A DNA stretch of 64,000 nucleotides from Balanoglossus misakiensis (lineage: Eukaryota > Animalia > Hemichordata), in the NCBI GenBank assembly GCA_040954595.2, contig CM082588.2:10958844-11022843 (forward strand). Direction: 5' to 3'. This document shows, in pieces, positions 1 to 12,147 of the stretch; the first letter of the stretch is position 1, and the number at the start of each line of letters is the position of its first letter. A program made the translations under genes and the position numbers. The notes below the pieces were generated by a model. That model worked only from the letters and a program-made list of their open reading frames with translations. It made no database searches and was not told where the DNA came from.

Positions 1-3000
1 AACATGGGTGAAAATCATCAAAAAATGACAAATTTTTGACTTTGCAAAATCTCACAATTTCGTCGATTTTTGAAAAAAATCATGGGTGAAAATCATCAAA
101 AAATGACAAATTTTCGACTTTGCAAAATCTCAAAATTTCGTCCATTTTAAAAAAAAAACATGGGGGAAAATCATCAAAAAATGACAAATTTTCGACTTTG
201 CAAAATCTCAAAATTTCGTCGATTTTGAAAAAAACCATTGGGGGAAAATCATCAAAAAATGACAAATTTTCGACTTTGCAAATCTCAAAATTTCGTCAAT
301 TTTTGAAAAAATCATGGGTGAAAATCATCAAAAAATGACAAATTTTCGTCTATGCAAAATCTCAAAATTTCGTCGGTTTTTGAAAAATAATATGGTTGAA
401 AATCATCAAAAAATGACAAAATTATCGACTTTGCAAAATCTCAACATTTCGTCGATTTTTGAAAAAAATCATGGGTGAAAATCATCAAAAAATGACAAAT
501 TTCGACTTTGCAAAATCTCAAAATTTCGTCGATTTTGAAAAAAATCATAGGTTCGTCGATTTAAATAAAAAAAACATGGGTGAAAATCATCAAAAAATGA
601 CAAATTTTCGACTTTGCAAAATCTCACAATTTCGTCGATTTTTGAAAAAAATCATGGGAGAAAATCATCAAAAAATGACAAATTTTCGACTTTGCAAAAT
701 CTCAACATTTCGTCGATTTTTGAAAAAAAATCATGGGTGAAAATCATCAAAAAATGACAAATTTTCGACTTTGCAAAATCTCAACATTTCGTCGATTTTT
801 GAAAAAAATCATGGGTGAAAATCATAAAAATATGACAAATTTTCGACTTTGCAAAATCTCAAAATTTCGTCGATTTTGAAAAAAATCATAGGTTCGTCGT
901 TTTTTTAAAAAAAAAACATGGGTGAAAATCATCAAAAAATGACAAATTTTTGACTTTGCAAAATCTCACAATTTCGTCGATTTTTGAAAAAAATCATGGG
1001 TGAAAATCATCAAAAAATGACAAATTTTCGACTTTGCAAAATCTCAAAATTTCGTCCATTTTAAAAAAAAAACATGGGGGAAAATCATCAAAAAATGACA
1101 AATTTTCGACTTTGCAAAATCTCAAAATTTCGTCGATTTTGAAAAAAACCATTGGGGGAAAATCATCAAAAAATGACAAATTTTCGACTTTGCAAAATCT
1201 CAAAATTTCGTCGATTTTGAAAAAAAACCATTGGGGGAAAATCATCAAAAAATTACAAATTTTCGACTTTGCAAAATCTCAACATTTCGTCGATTTTGAA
1301 AAAAAACCATTGGGGGAAAATCATCAAAAAATTACAAATTTTCGACTTTGCAAAATCTCAACATTTCGTCGATTTTTGAAAAAAATCATGGGTGAAAATA
1401 ATCAAAAAATGACAAATTTTCGACTTTGCAAAATCTCAAAATTTCGTCGATTTTGAAAAAAATCATAGGTTCGTCGATTTTAAAAAAAAAACATGGGTGA
1501 AAATCATCAAAAAATGACAAATTTTCGACTTTGCAAAATCTCACAATTTTGTCGATTTTTGAAAAAAATCATGGGAGAAAATCATCAAAAAATGACAAAT
1601 TTTCGACTTTGCAAAATCTCAAAATTTCGTCGATTTTGAAAAAAATCATAGGTTCGTCGATTTAAAAAAAAAAAACATGGGTGAAAATCATCAAAAAATG
1701 ACAAATTTTCGACTTTGCAAAATCTCACAATTTCGTCGATTTTTGAAAAAAATCATGGGAGAAAATCATCAAAAAATGACAAATTTTCGACTTTGCAAAA
1801 TCTCAACATTTCGTCGATTTTTGAAAAAAATCATGGGTGAAAATCATCAAAAAATGACAAATTTTCGACTTTGCAAAATCTCAACATTTCGTCGATTTTT
1901 GAAAAAAATCATGGGTGAAAATCATCAAAAAATGACAAATTTTCGACTTTGCAAAATCTCAAAATTTCGTCGATTTTGAAAAAAATCATAGGTTCGTCGT
2001 TTTTTTTAAAAAAAAAACATGGGTGAAAATCATCAAAAAATGACAAATTTTTGACTTTGCAAAATCTCACAATTTCGTCGATTTTTGAAAAAAATCATGG
2101 GTGAAAATCATCAAAAAATGACAAATTTTCGACTTTGCAAAATCTCAAAATTTCGTCCATTTTAAAAAAAAAACATGGGGGAAAATCATCAAAAAATGAC
2201 AAATTTTAGACTTTGCAAAATCTCAAAATTTCGTCGATTTTGAAAAAAACCATTGGGGGAAAATCATCAAAAAATGACAAATTTTCGACTTTGCAAAATC
2301 TCAAAATTTCGTCGATTTTGAAAAAAAACCATTGGGGGAAAATCATCAAAAAATTACAAATTTTCGACTTTGCAAAATCTCAACATTTCGTCGATTTTTG
2401 AAAAAAATCATGGGTGAAAATCATCAAAAAATGACAAATTTTCGACTTTGCAAAATCTCAAAATTTCGTCGATTTTGAAAAAAATCATAGGTTCGTCGAT
2501 TTTAAAAAAAAAACATGGGTGAAAATCATCAAAAAATGACAAATTTTCGACTTTGCAAAATCTCACAATTTTGTCGATTTTTGAAAAAAATCATGGGAGA
2601 AAATCATCAAAAAATGACAAATTTTCGACTTTGCAAAATCTCAACATTTCGTCGATTTTTGAAAAAAATCATGGGTGAAAATCATCAAAAAATGACAAAT
2701 TTTCGACTGTGCAAAATCTCAAAATTTCGTCGATTTTTGAAAAAAAATCATGGTTGAAAATCATCAAAAAATGACAAAATTTTCGACTTTGCAAAATCAC
2801 ACAATTTCGTCGATTTTGAAAAAAATCATAGGTTCGTCGATTTTTAAAAAAAAAACATGGGTGAAAATCATCAAAAAATGACAAATTTTCGACTTTGCAA
2901 AATCTTAAAATTTCGTCGATTTTTGAAAAAAAATCATGGGTGAAAATCATCAAAAAATGACACATTTTCGACTTTGCAAAATCTAAAAATTTCGTCGATT

Positions 3001-4217
3001 TTTGAAAAAAAATCATGGGTAAAAATCATCAAAAAATGACAAATTTTCGACTTTGCAAAATCTCAAAATTTCGTCGATTTTGAAAAAAATCATAGGTTCG
3101 TCGTTTTTTTTTAAAAAAAACATGGGTGAAAATCATCAAAAAATGACAAATTTTTGACTTTGCAAAATCTCACAATTTCGTCAATTTTTGAAAAAAATCA
3201 TGGGTGAAAATCAACAAAAAATGACAAATTTTCGACTTTGCAAAATCTCAAAATTTCGTCCATTTTAAAAAAAAAACATGGGGGAAAATCATCAAAAAAT
3301 GACAAATTTTCGACTTTGCAAAATCTCAAAATTTCGTCGATTTTGAAAAAAACCATTGGGGGAAAATCATCAAAAAATGACAAATTTTCGACTTTGCAAA
3401 ATCTCAAAATTTCGTCGATTTTGAAAAAAAACCATTGGGGGAAAATCATCAAAAAATTACAAATTTTCGACTTTGCAAAATCTCAACATTTCGTCGATTT
3501 TTGAAAAAAATCATGGGTGAAAATCATCAAAAAATGACAAATTTTCGACTTTGCAAAATCTCAAAATTTCGTCGATTTTGAAAAAAATCATAGGTTCGTC
3601 GATTTTAAAAAAAAAACATGGGTGAAAATCATCAAAAAATGACAAATTTTCGACTTTGCAAAATCTCACAATTTTGTCGATTTTTGAAAAAAATCATGGG
3701 AGAAAATCATCAAAAAATGACAAATTTTCGACTTTGCAAAATCTCAACATTTCGTCGATTTTTGAAAAAAATCATGGGTGAAAATCATCAAAAAATGACA
3801 AATTTTCGACTGTGCAAAATCTCAAAATTTCGTCGATTTTTGAAAAAAAATCATGGTTGAAAATCATCAAAAAATGACAAAATTTTCGACTTTGCAAAAT
3901 CACACAATTTCGTCGATTTTGAAAAAAATCATAGGTTCGTCGATTTTTAAAAAAAAAACATGGGTGAAAATCATCAAAAAATGACAAATTTTCGACTTTG
4001 CAAAATCTTAAAATTTCGTCGATTTTTGAAAAAAAATCATGGGTGAAAATCATCAAAAAATGACACATTTTCGACTTTGCAAAATCTAAAAATTTCGTCG
4101 ATTTTTGAAAAAAAATCATGGGTAAAAATCATCAAAAAATGACAAATTTTCGACTTTGCAAAATCTCAAAATTTCGTCGATTTTGAAAAAAAACATTGGG
4201 GGAAAATCATCAAAAAA
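1..4217. repeat. 78-bp AT-rich tandem satellite, block 1 (open at window start)
   Basis: Monomer CATGGGTGAAAATCATCAAAAAATGACAAATTTTCGACTTTGCAAAATCTCAAAATTTCGTCGATTTTTGAAAAAAAT repeated head-to-tail. Some monomers carry an extra ~28-bp ATAGGTTCGTCGATTT(A)nC segment. A ~1.1-kb higher-order period is visible (identical ORFs at 2515/3618 and 2669/3772). Confidence 0.98.
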
Positions 4218-5235
4218 TAGCGTCAAGGACACTGTGGTCCCATTTGAGGACATAGCTCATAGCAACATAGCAATAAGCATATCTACTCTGGATGCCAAGA
4301 TATGGAAAAGTAGGTCAAAGGTCACCTGAGGTCATGCAAAATTTGGGCAAGACATTTTGACCCTATACTGGTCCATGTTCAACAAAACAAAACCTATAGC
4401 CCTATTGGTTAGCCTGGAATTAGGTATGCACATAATTAATGAGATATGCAGGTGTCACAGGTGACCTTCAATTTTGGCTTTTCAATTTTAGTCCCAACCC
4501 TCCAAACGCCAAGTCTGTACCTGCTCTGGATGCCGAGATATAGCAAAGTAGGTCAAAGGTCACCTGAGGTCACCCAAAATTTGGGCAAGAAATTTTGACC
4601 CTATACTGGTCCATGTCCCACAAGAACGAAACCTCTAGCCCTATTAGTTAGCCCGGAATTAGGTATGCACATAATTAATGTGTTAAGCAGGTGTTACAGG
4701 TAAGCCCAAAAATTTGCCTTTTATTTTGGCCCCATTGTGCTCACGGACCAATAGACAGTCACTGTACAGGACTATTGCACAGACCAGAATTCCACAATAA
4801 GACGTGGACATAGCTTAACCATAGAGGTATAAGTAAAGTTATAAATTTAATAAAAAGACTAAAAAATTCATAAAAAATAAAACATCCATGATATTAACTT
4901 AACACTTACAGGTCGATGTGAGGTTGACATAAGGTACATGCATACCAATTTTCAAAGCAATCTGACCAGTAGTTGTTGACTTTCAGAGTTTTGATAAATT
5001 TCACATTTTACTGGCTAATTTGCATATTTTTGGGCCTGGCAACTTCGTTTGGACAAACTCCCATCTACAGCCCAGCCTGCACCTACACACCAAATATTGA
5101 GGTGTTACGCACAGCGGTTTTCAAGTTTTTGATGTGGACGGACATACAGACATACATACATCCATACATACATCCATACAGACGCAACCCATCCCATAAG
5201 GTCCCATGGTATATAGGCCTATACCAATGGGACCT
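4218..5235 (-). mobile_element. Non-autonomous Helentron-associated element (HINE/DINE-1-like), family A
   Basis: Interrupts the satellite in the A-run of CATCAAAAAATGAC with no TSD. 5' end (right): hairpin AGGTCCCATGGTATA-TAGGCC-TATACCAATGGGACCT (5199-5235) next to a (CATA/CATC)n microsatellite. 3' end (left): subTIR GGTCCCAT plus small stem-loop AGCGTC-AAG-GACACT. Internal ~239-bp repeats. Termini match those of the 24-kb element at 26403-50433. Confidence 0.9.
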
Positions 5236-7057
5236 AAAAATGACAAATTATCGACTTTGCAAAATCTCACAATTTCGTCGATTTTTGAAAAAAATCATGG
5301 GTGAAAATCATCAAAAAATGACAAATTTTCGACTTTGCAAAATCTCAACATTTCGTCGATTTTTGAAAAAAAATCATGGGTGAAAATCATCAAAAAATGA
5401 CAAATTTTCGTCTTTGCAAAATCTTAAAATTTCGTCGATTTTTGAAACAAATCATGGGTGAAAATCATCAAAAAATGACACATTTTCGACTTTGCAAAAT
5501 CTAAAAATTTCGTCGATTTTTGAAAAATAATATGAGTGAAAATCATCAAAAAATGGCAAATTTTCGACTTTGCAAAATCTCAAAATTTCGTCCATTTAAA
5601 AAAAAAAAACATGGGGGAAAATCATCAAAAAATGACAAATTTTCGACTTTGCAAAATCTCAAAATTTCGTCGATTTTTGAAAAAAAATCATGGGTGAAAA
5701 TCATCAAAAAATGACAAATTTTCGTCTTTGCAAAATCTCAAAATTTCGTCCATTTTAAAAAAAAAACATGGGGCAAAATCATCAAAAAATGACAAATTTT
5801 CGACTTTGCAAAATCTCAAAATTTCGTCGATTTTTGAAAAAAAATCATGGGTGAAAATCATCAAAAAATGACAAATTTTCGTCTTTGCAAAATCTCAAAA
5901 TTTCGTCCATTTTTGAATAAAAATCATGGGTAAAAATCATCAAAAATGACAAATTTTCGTCTTTGCTATATCTCAAAATTTCGTCGGTTTTTGAAAAATA
6001 ATATGGGTGAAAATCATCAAAAAATGACAAATTTTCGACTTTGCAAAATCTTAAAATTTCGTCGATTTTTGAAAAAAATCATGGGTGAAAATCATCAAAA
6101 AATGACAAATTTTCGACTTTGCAAAATCTCAAAATTTCGTCAATATTTGAAAAATTCATGGGTAAAAATCATCAAAAAATGACAAATTTTCGTCTTTGCT
6201 AAATCTCAAAATTTCGTCGGTTTTTGAAAAATAATATGGGTGAAAATCATCAAAAAATGACAAATTTTCGACTTTGCAAAATCTCAAAATTTCGTCCATT
6301 TTTGAAAAAAAATCATGGGTAAAAATCATCAAAAAATGACAAATTTTCGTCTTTGCAAAATCTCAAAATTTCGTCCATTTTAAAAAAAAAACATGGGGGA
6401 AAATCATCAAAAAATGACAAATTTTCGACTTTGCAAAATCTCAAAATTTCGTCGATTTTTGAAAAAAAATCATGGGTGAAAATCATCAAAAAATGACAAA
6501 TTTTCGTCTTTGCAAAATCTCAAAATTTCGTCCATTTTTGAATAAAAATCATGGGTAAAAATAATCAAAAATGACAAATTTTCGTCTTTGCAAAATCTCA
6601 AATTTTCGTCGATTTTTAAAAAAAAAATGGGAGAAAATCATCAAAAAATGACAAATTTTCGACTTTGCAAAATCTCAACATTTCGTCGATTTTTGAAAAA
6701 AATCATGGGTGAAAATCATCAAAAAATTACAAATTTTCGACTTTGCAAAATCTCAACATTTCGTCGATTTTTGAAAAAAATCATGGGTGAAAATCATCAA
6801 AAAATGACAAATTTTCGACTTTGCAAAGTCTCAACATTTTGTCGATTTTTGAAAAAATCATGGGTGAAAATCATCAAAAAATGACAAAATTTTCGACTTT
6901 GCAAAATCTCAAAATTTCGTCGATTTTGAAAAAAATCATAGGTTCGTCGATTTTTTAAAAAAAAACATGGGTGAAAATCATCAAAAAATGACAAATTTTT
7001 GACTTTGCAAAATCTCACAATTTCGTCGATTTTCGTCCATTTAAAAAAAAAATCATG
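5236..7057. repeat. 78-bp satellite, block 2
   Basis: Same monomer resumes in register after the HINE and ends at CATG immediately before the Ngaro element. Confidence 0.97.
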
Positions 7058-7221
7058 TAGGTAACATTGCGATCAACGGCATAATGTTACCCAATTAAGC
7101 AACTCGAAAAGGGGCGCCCTCAACCTCAAACGAGCCTCAAAAATCCCATAATCCATCACTCACGGCCACTTCAAGGGTTCGGAGCGTGTCCTGCAGTGCT
7201 CGCTCTCTCTGCCTCAATTTC
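7058..7221 (+). repeat. Ngaro split direct repeat A1 (copies at 11967-12130, 17624-17787, 23281-23444)
   Basis: TAGGTAACATTGCGATCAACGG...CTCTGCCTCAATTTC occurs four times. It begins with an inverted repeat GGTAACATT (7060-7068)/AATGTTACC (7083-7091). Confidence 0.93.
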
Positions 7222-7238
7222 AATTTCTCACCGTTATT

Positions 7239-10200
7239 ATGGAGAACGCTGAACAACAGCTGCTGGATTTGGGAATAGAGCCCAGTCCAGTCGCCAAAAA
7301 GGGACCTGCAACTCGCAGTAAGACTACGACAAGAGCATCGACCGGTCGAAAAGTTCGCGTGGTCCCCCCCACCAAACTTTCCAAAGTACCAATGGCGTCA
7401 GCTCGTTCGAAAGGCGGGAAATGTAGCAAACCTGTCAAGGAAGAAGACACTTCATCTGACGGGGAAGATGTGAGGTCAGAGAAAGAGAAGTTGCAGGCGG
7501 AGATAGCGAGACTGCAGGAGCAATCTGAAGTAGACAATTTAAGAAAACAACTAAAAGAAATGAAACTGGAGAAGGAACGACGCAGCCCGCCAGCCGCTTC
7601 GAGCGGAAGTCCCAGAAGTCACGACCTGAGTCAACTCACGCTACCCGATCTCAAGAGGATGGCGAAAGAAGACTCACAATTGCAGTGGTCGTTACCATCA
7701 GGCAGTCCGTGGCTACCAGCGACAGGGGCCGCTGGCGGCGGTGAAGACCTCCAACCGAACCAACTCCTGGCACAGTCCGGTTTATACACAGCAGCGCAGA
7801 GCAAAGCAGGTAACGTACCAATGAAATCGATGCGGTTCAACACCAGAACCGATCGTGTGCGACAGCACGTCCTATGGCCGCACATGTTCGTCAGGGCTCG
7901 GACATTCTCGGGCGCCCCACCAAAATTCGATGATATGTCAATGGCGGAATTTGTGGAAGGTAATCTCGCGATAGTGCAACTTCCTACTTTGAGTGACACA
8001 GAGAAACAGCAGCGATTACAACACTTACAGTCGCTTATGAAAGACGCCAATTTGTTCCCCTGGGACGCCATCTTGAAGTTCGAGGGCGCGCTCCTCTCTG
8101 ACATGGAGTCAGGACTCAGAACATGGGCAAATGACACCGCAGATCTGAGAGAGCTATATTTGCTGCCGCGTATCGGCAAGATCAGACGGGATAAAACAGC
8201 GGACAAATCCAAAAAGAAGGATCAGATTAATGTATGTTTCAAATACCAAAGTAACAAGTGCGAGAAGGAGGATTGCGCATTCAAACACATATGTGAAGCC
8301 TGCATGAAGTTGCGTAACAACCTGGCCAAGCATCCCAAGATTGCCTGCCCCTGGAAGGATAAGGCCTTTAGAGAGCAAGAGAGCAACAAGTTGACCGATA
8401 GTTCTGGCAAAGCAGAGGTAGATAAGTCTAAACAAGACTCTCATGACTGTGACAGCAATTTAATTCCTAAATTGAACCATAGAGTCAAAAGTGCAGGCAC
8501 GGAGTGTAATATCAATGACTTTTATACATTGATGGGCATCACAGATCAGGCAGTGCACAAGTGTGATCGCTCTGTACAAACTGACATGGAGATTGATATT
8601 TCAAGAAGCCTGTCAATGTGCAACCCGGAGGTTTTGCGGGATGCTATTGTTAACCCTAGTAGTATTTCTGAACCAGTGCTTTCGATTGACGAGCCAGTAA
8701 CATGTACCATTGCCAATGTTGCCTCTGAACACACAGGTTGTTTTGATACCTCTGTTAGCAGGGATAATGTTGACAAATACCTTTGTAAAACTCATACAGT
8801 TGATTTGATAGAACCTGATATTGAGACTGATCTTGACAAGCAAATCCCTATTGAATCACTAGCCCATACCGTCGGTGATACCACTGAATTTGCATGTGAG
8901 ATTAGCGCTCATGGTTCCTCTGACGGTATGATCAGTGATGACCACGATGTCTTTGTTAGTGATATGTTTACTGTGGAAAATGTTCCAAATATGGGGCCTC
9001 CCAACCCCACCCTTGTTGATCACAGTGTTCCAGACACTTATCCACTGGGCAATGATATGCAGTATTCTGAGTTATCAGATACTCCCGTGGGCGGGGATGT
9101 CTGTCCCCCGTCGTCATGGCCACAAGCGTCACCCCTTGATTTAACAGAAGTTATAACCGTTCATGACATAGTTGTTGAATCAGGTTTACCAAATTCTCAA
9201 TTTTGCAGAATACCCGTTTCATCAAATCTTCAAATCCCAATTTGGCGAGCCGAATTGCAGCAATATGATGACAAAATCATCTGCGATTACCTACAATATG
9301 GTTGGCCCGTCTACTATACAGCCTCAGAATTGCCATACTCTACAGTGAAAAACCACCCATCAGCTATAAATTACTCGGCGCATGTCGACAACTGGATCAT
9401 TAACGAAGTCGCAGCCGGGGCTACAGCGGGTCCGTTCTTAACTAACCCCCTTGCCACACCACTCAGTACTTCCCCCATTCAGACTGTCGAAAAAAAAGAT
9501 AGTGTTAATCGGCGTATAGTCTTTGATCTTAGTTCCCCAATCCACCATTCAGTAAATGACGGTATCCCCAAAGGGGAATATCTTGGGGAGAGTTTTCAGC
9601 TTCAATATCCTTCCATTGATGATTTCACTGCAATGATGACCCGTAAGGGCAGGGGATGCCTCCTATTTAAGCGCGATTTAAGCAGAGCTTATCGGCAAAT
9701 ACCAGTCGATCCAGCGGACTACCATTTGCTGGGCTACACGTGGCGTAATTTATTGTTCTTTGACCTTACATTGCCATTTGGCTTGCGAACCGCAGCGCTA
9801 GCCTGCCAGCGCACCACTAATGCTGTTTCTATTCCACGAAAGGGTATGACTGTGTTAATTACCTTGACGACTTCGGTGGTGCAGAGACCTCCAACAAAGC
9901 CCACAAGGCATTTGCGGAGCTAGGTGACACGCTGGATAGACTGGGTTTGCAAGAAGCCAAACACAAAGCGGTGCCCCCGTCATCAATCATGACTTTTCTT
10001 GGAATCCAGTTGAACTCCCTTACAATGACTATGGAAGTTACTCCTGACCGGCTTAATGAAATAGAGCAAGAGCTGGGTGTATGGGTCACTAAAACAAAAG
10101 CAACTAAGCGCGAGCTGCAATCACTCATAGGCAAGCTTTCCTTTATTGCCAAATGTGTCAAGCCTGGTAGGCTATTCCTGGCGAGAATGCTAGATGTGTT

Positions 10201-10798
10201 GCGTACCGTCACCCGCAATCACTACCATCTAAACAGTGATTTCAAGGCAGATCTACGGTGGTGGATTAATTTCATTAGGGTTTATAATGGGGTGTCTCTC
10301 ATTAAAGAGTCAGGTTGGTGCCCGCCAGATGAAATATTTTCTTCGGATGCATGCCCAACAGGGGGAGGGGGGCTTTGCGACAACGAGTATTTCCACGTGG
10401 AGTTCCCTGACTTTGTAAAGGTTGGGGACCCTCACATTAATGCCCTCGAATTACTCACTATTACTATAGCGGCAAAAATTTGGGGTGATAGATGGTCTGG
10501 AAAGAAAATACAGGTCTCTTGCGACAACCAGGCAACAGTTTGGGTCATTAATACCGGTAGAGCTAGGGATAAACTAATGCTGTCTTGCTTGAGGGAATTA
10601 TGGCTGGTAGCAGCGATTCACGAGTTTGAGCTACGTGCTGTGCACATCGCAGGCACCGAGAACCGGCTGGCTGATGCGCTCAGTCGCTGGCATCTTGACC
10701 CAAGTTATGAGCAACTCTTCAAATCATCTGTTAATATTTCTCAAATGACCGAGCACCCAGTCGCCGAGGATGACATTCGCTTTCTCAATGAGTGGTGA
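7239..10798 (+). pseudogene. Ngaro unit 1 gag-RT-RNase H fusion ORF, frameshifted
   Basis: Gag-like region (VLWPH motif; Cys/His finger CFKYQSNKCEKEDCAFKHICEAC...HPKIAC) runs in frame into RT (KRDLSRAYRQI, LPFGLR). Relative to units 2/3, a 7-bp deletion near 9830 shifts the frame just before YLDD and a 6-bp in-frame deletion lies near 10228. RNase H motifs SDAC, HINALEL, CDNQ and NRLADALSR lie in ORF 9947-10798. Confidence 0.9.
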
Positions 10799-11816
10799 CT
10801 GATTTTATTTTTATTTCAGATCACTGCCAAACTATCCAAGCCTTAGACGCTCAAATCGCTATCTCAATGAGGTCAGCATTAGCGGAAGGAACTCGTCGGA
10901 ATTTGTCGTCACAGTTGAAGAGTTACTTCCTGTTTTGTCAGTTTTTCAATTTTACTCCTGTTCCAGCATCTGTTCTTACAGTGTGTAGATTTATCCAGTT
11001 TCTTGCAAGATCAGTAACTGCTACTGGCACCATTCAGAATTATTTGTACGCAATTCGTACCTTGCATAGAATCCATGGCTTCACGCCATTGGCCGCTGAT
11101 CAGTATGTTGTCAAATTACTTTTGAAATGTCTTTCCCGTAGCACTTTCCAGCCAGTGAGGCAGAAATTACCCATCACCCCCCAGTTGTTGCTACAGTTTT
11201 TCGGGCTTCTAGATGTGGCTGTTCCATTCGATGTTACTTTGTGGGCATGCCTTTTGATAGGGTTTTTCTCCTTTTTTCGCAAGTCAAATCTTGTTCCGAA
11301 GTCTGCAACCGACTTTGATCCGGCTAAACACCTCTGTAGGGGTAAAGTCATTTCCTCAGATTCTGGCCTTATAATCGGCGTGACTTGGTCAAAAACCATT
11401 CAGTTTCGCGAACGCTGTTTGACTATTCCACTTGCCCGCATTCCAGGTTCGGTGTTGTGCCCTTTACAGGCATACAATCACATGTGTGAGATCATCCCAG
11501 CCCCACCCTCTAGCCCAGGATTCATTTTCCCAAATGTGGCAAATTGGTCCCCTTGACCCATTCAGGGCTGGTGAAAAGTATCAAATGTTTAGTTCAGAGG
11601 GCAGGCTTTCCTGCTGACATGTACTCGGGTCACAGCCTCCGTCGTGGGGGTGCAACCTTTGCATTCGAAAGTGGGGTCCCTGGGGAGCTTATCAAACTCC
11701 AAGGGGATTGGCAATCCAGCGCGTATCTCCGTTATCTTAACATTCCATTTCAGACTCGTTATCTGGTGTCCTTTCAAATGGGTCAGCATATTAAAGACAT
11801 CTCCGCGTCACACTGA
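10792..11816 (+). pseudogene. Ngaro unit 1 tyrosine recombinase, frameshifted
   Basis: Same as the intact 341-codon YR frame of units 2/3 but with a net 1-bp deletion near 11520-11530, splitting it into ORFs 10792-11556 and 11544-11816. Confidence 0.9.
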
Positions 11817-11860
11817 TTTTACTGTGGCACTAGCAGAGAGGCGGACCGGGTTTGGCAGTG

Positions 11861-11966
11861 GTTGGGCCTGCAAGAGCCCCCAGTTCACGTAAATAAATAA
11901 TGGCTCTTGCCTTCAGCTGCCAAACCTGTGTCCTTGGTTTGTGTGTTAGAGAGATCTCAAGTAATT
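11861..11966 (+). repeat. Ngaro split direct repeat B1 (copies at 17518-17623, 23175-23280, 23593-23698), containing a poly(A) signal
   Basis: GTTGGGCCTGCAAGAGC...GAGAGATCTCAAGTAATT occurs four times. AATAAA at 11892-11897 is followed by a GT-rich tract. Confidence 0.92.
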
Positions 11967-12147
11967 TAGGTAACATTGCGATCAACGGCATAATGTTACC
12001 CAATTAAGCAACTCGAAAAGGGGCGCCCTCAACCTCAAACGAGCCTCAAAAATCCCATAATCCATCACTCACGGCCACTTCAAGGGTTCGGAGCGTGTCC
12101 TGCAGTGCACGCTCTCTCTGCCTCAATTTCAATTTCTCACCATTATT

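Noticed and set aside
80-7018. Many short ORFs with repeated MGENHQKMTNFRLCKIS peptides (also 23958-26295)
   Set aside because: Translations of the 78-bp (26-codon) satellite, constantly broken by A-run slippage; not genes.
7220-8843. Antisense ORFs (105, 193, 96, 76 aa) recurring in each Ngaro unit
   Set aside because: They recur only because the units are near-identical; no motifs, mostly non-ATG starts, shadows of the sense ORF.
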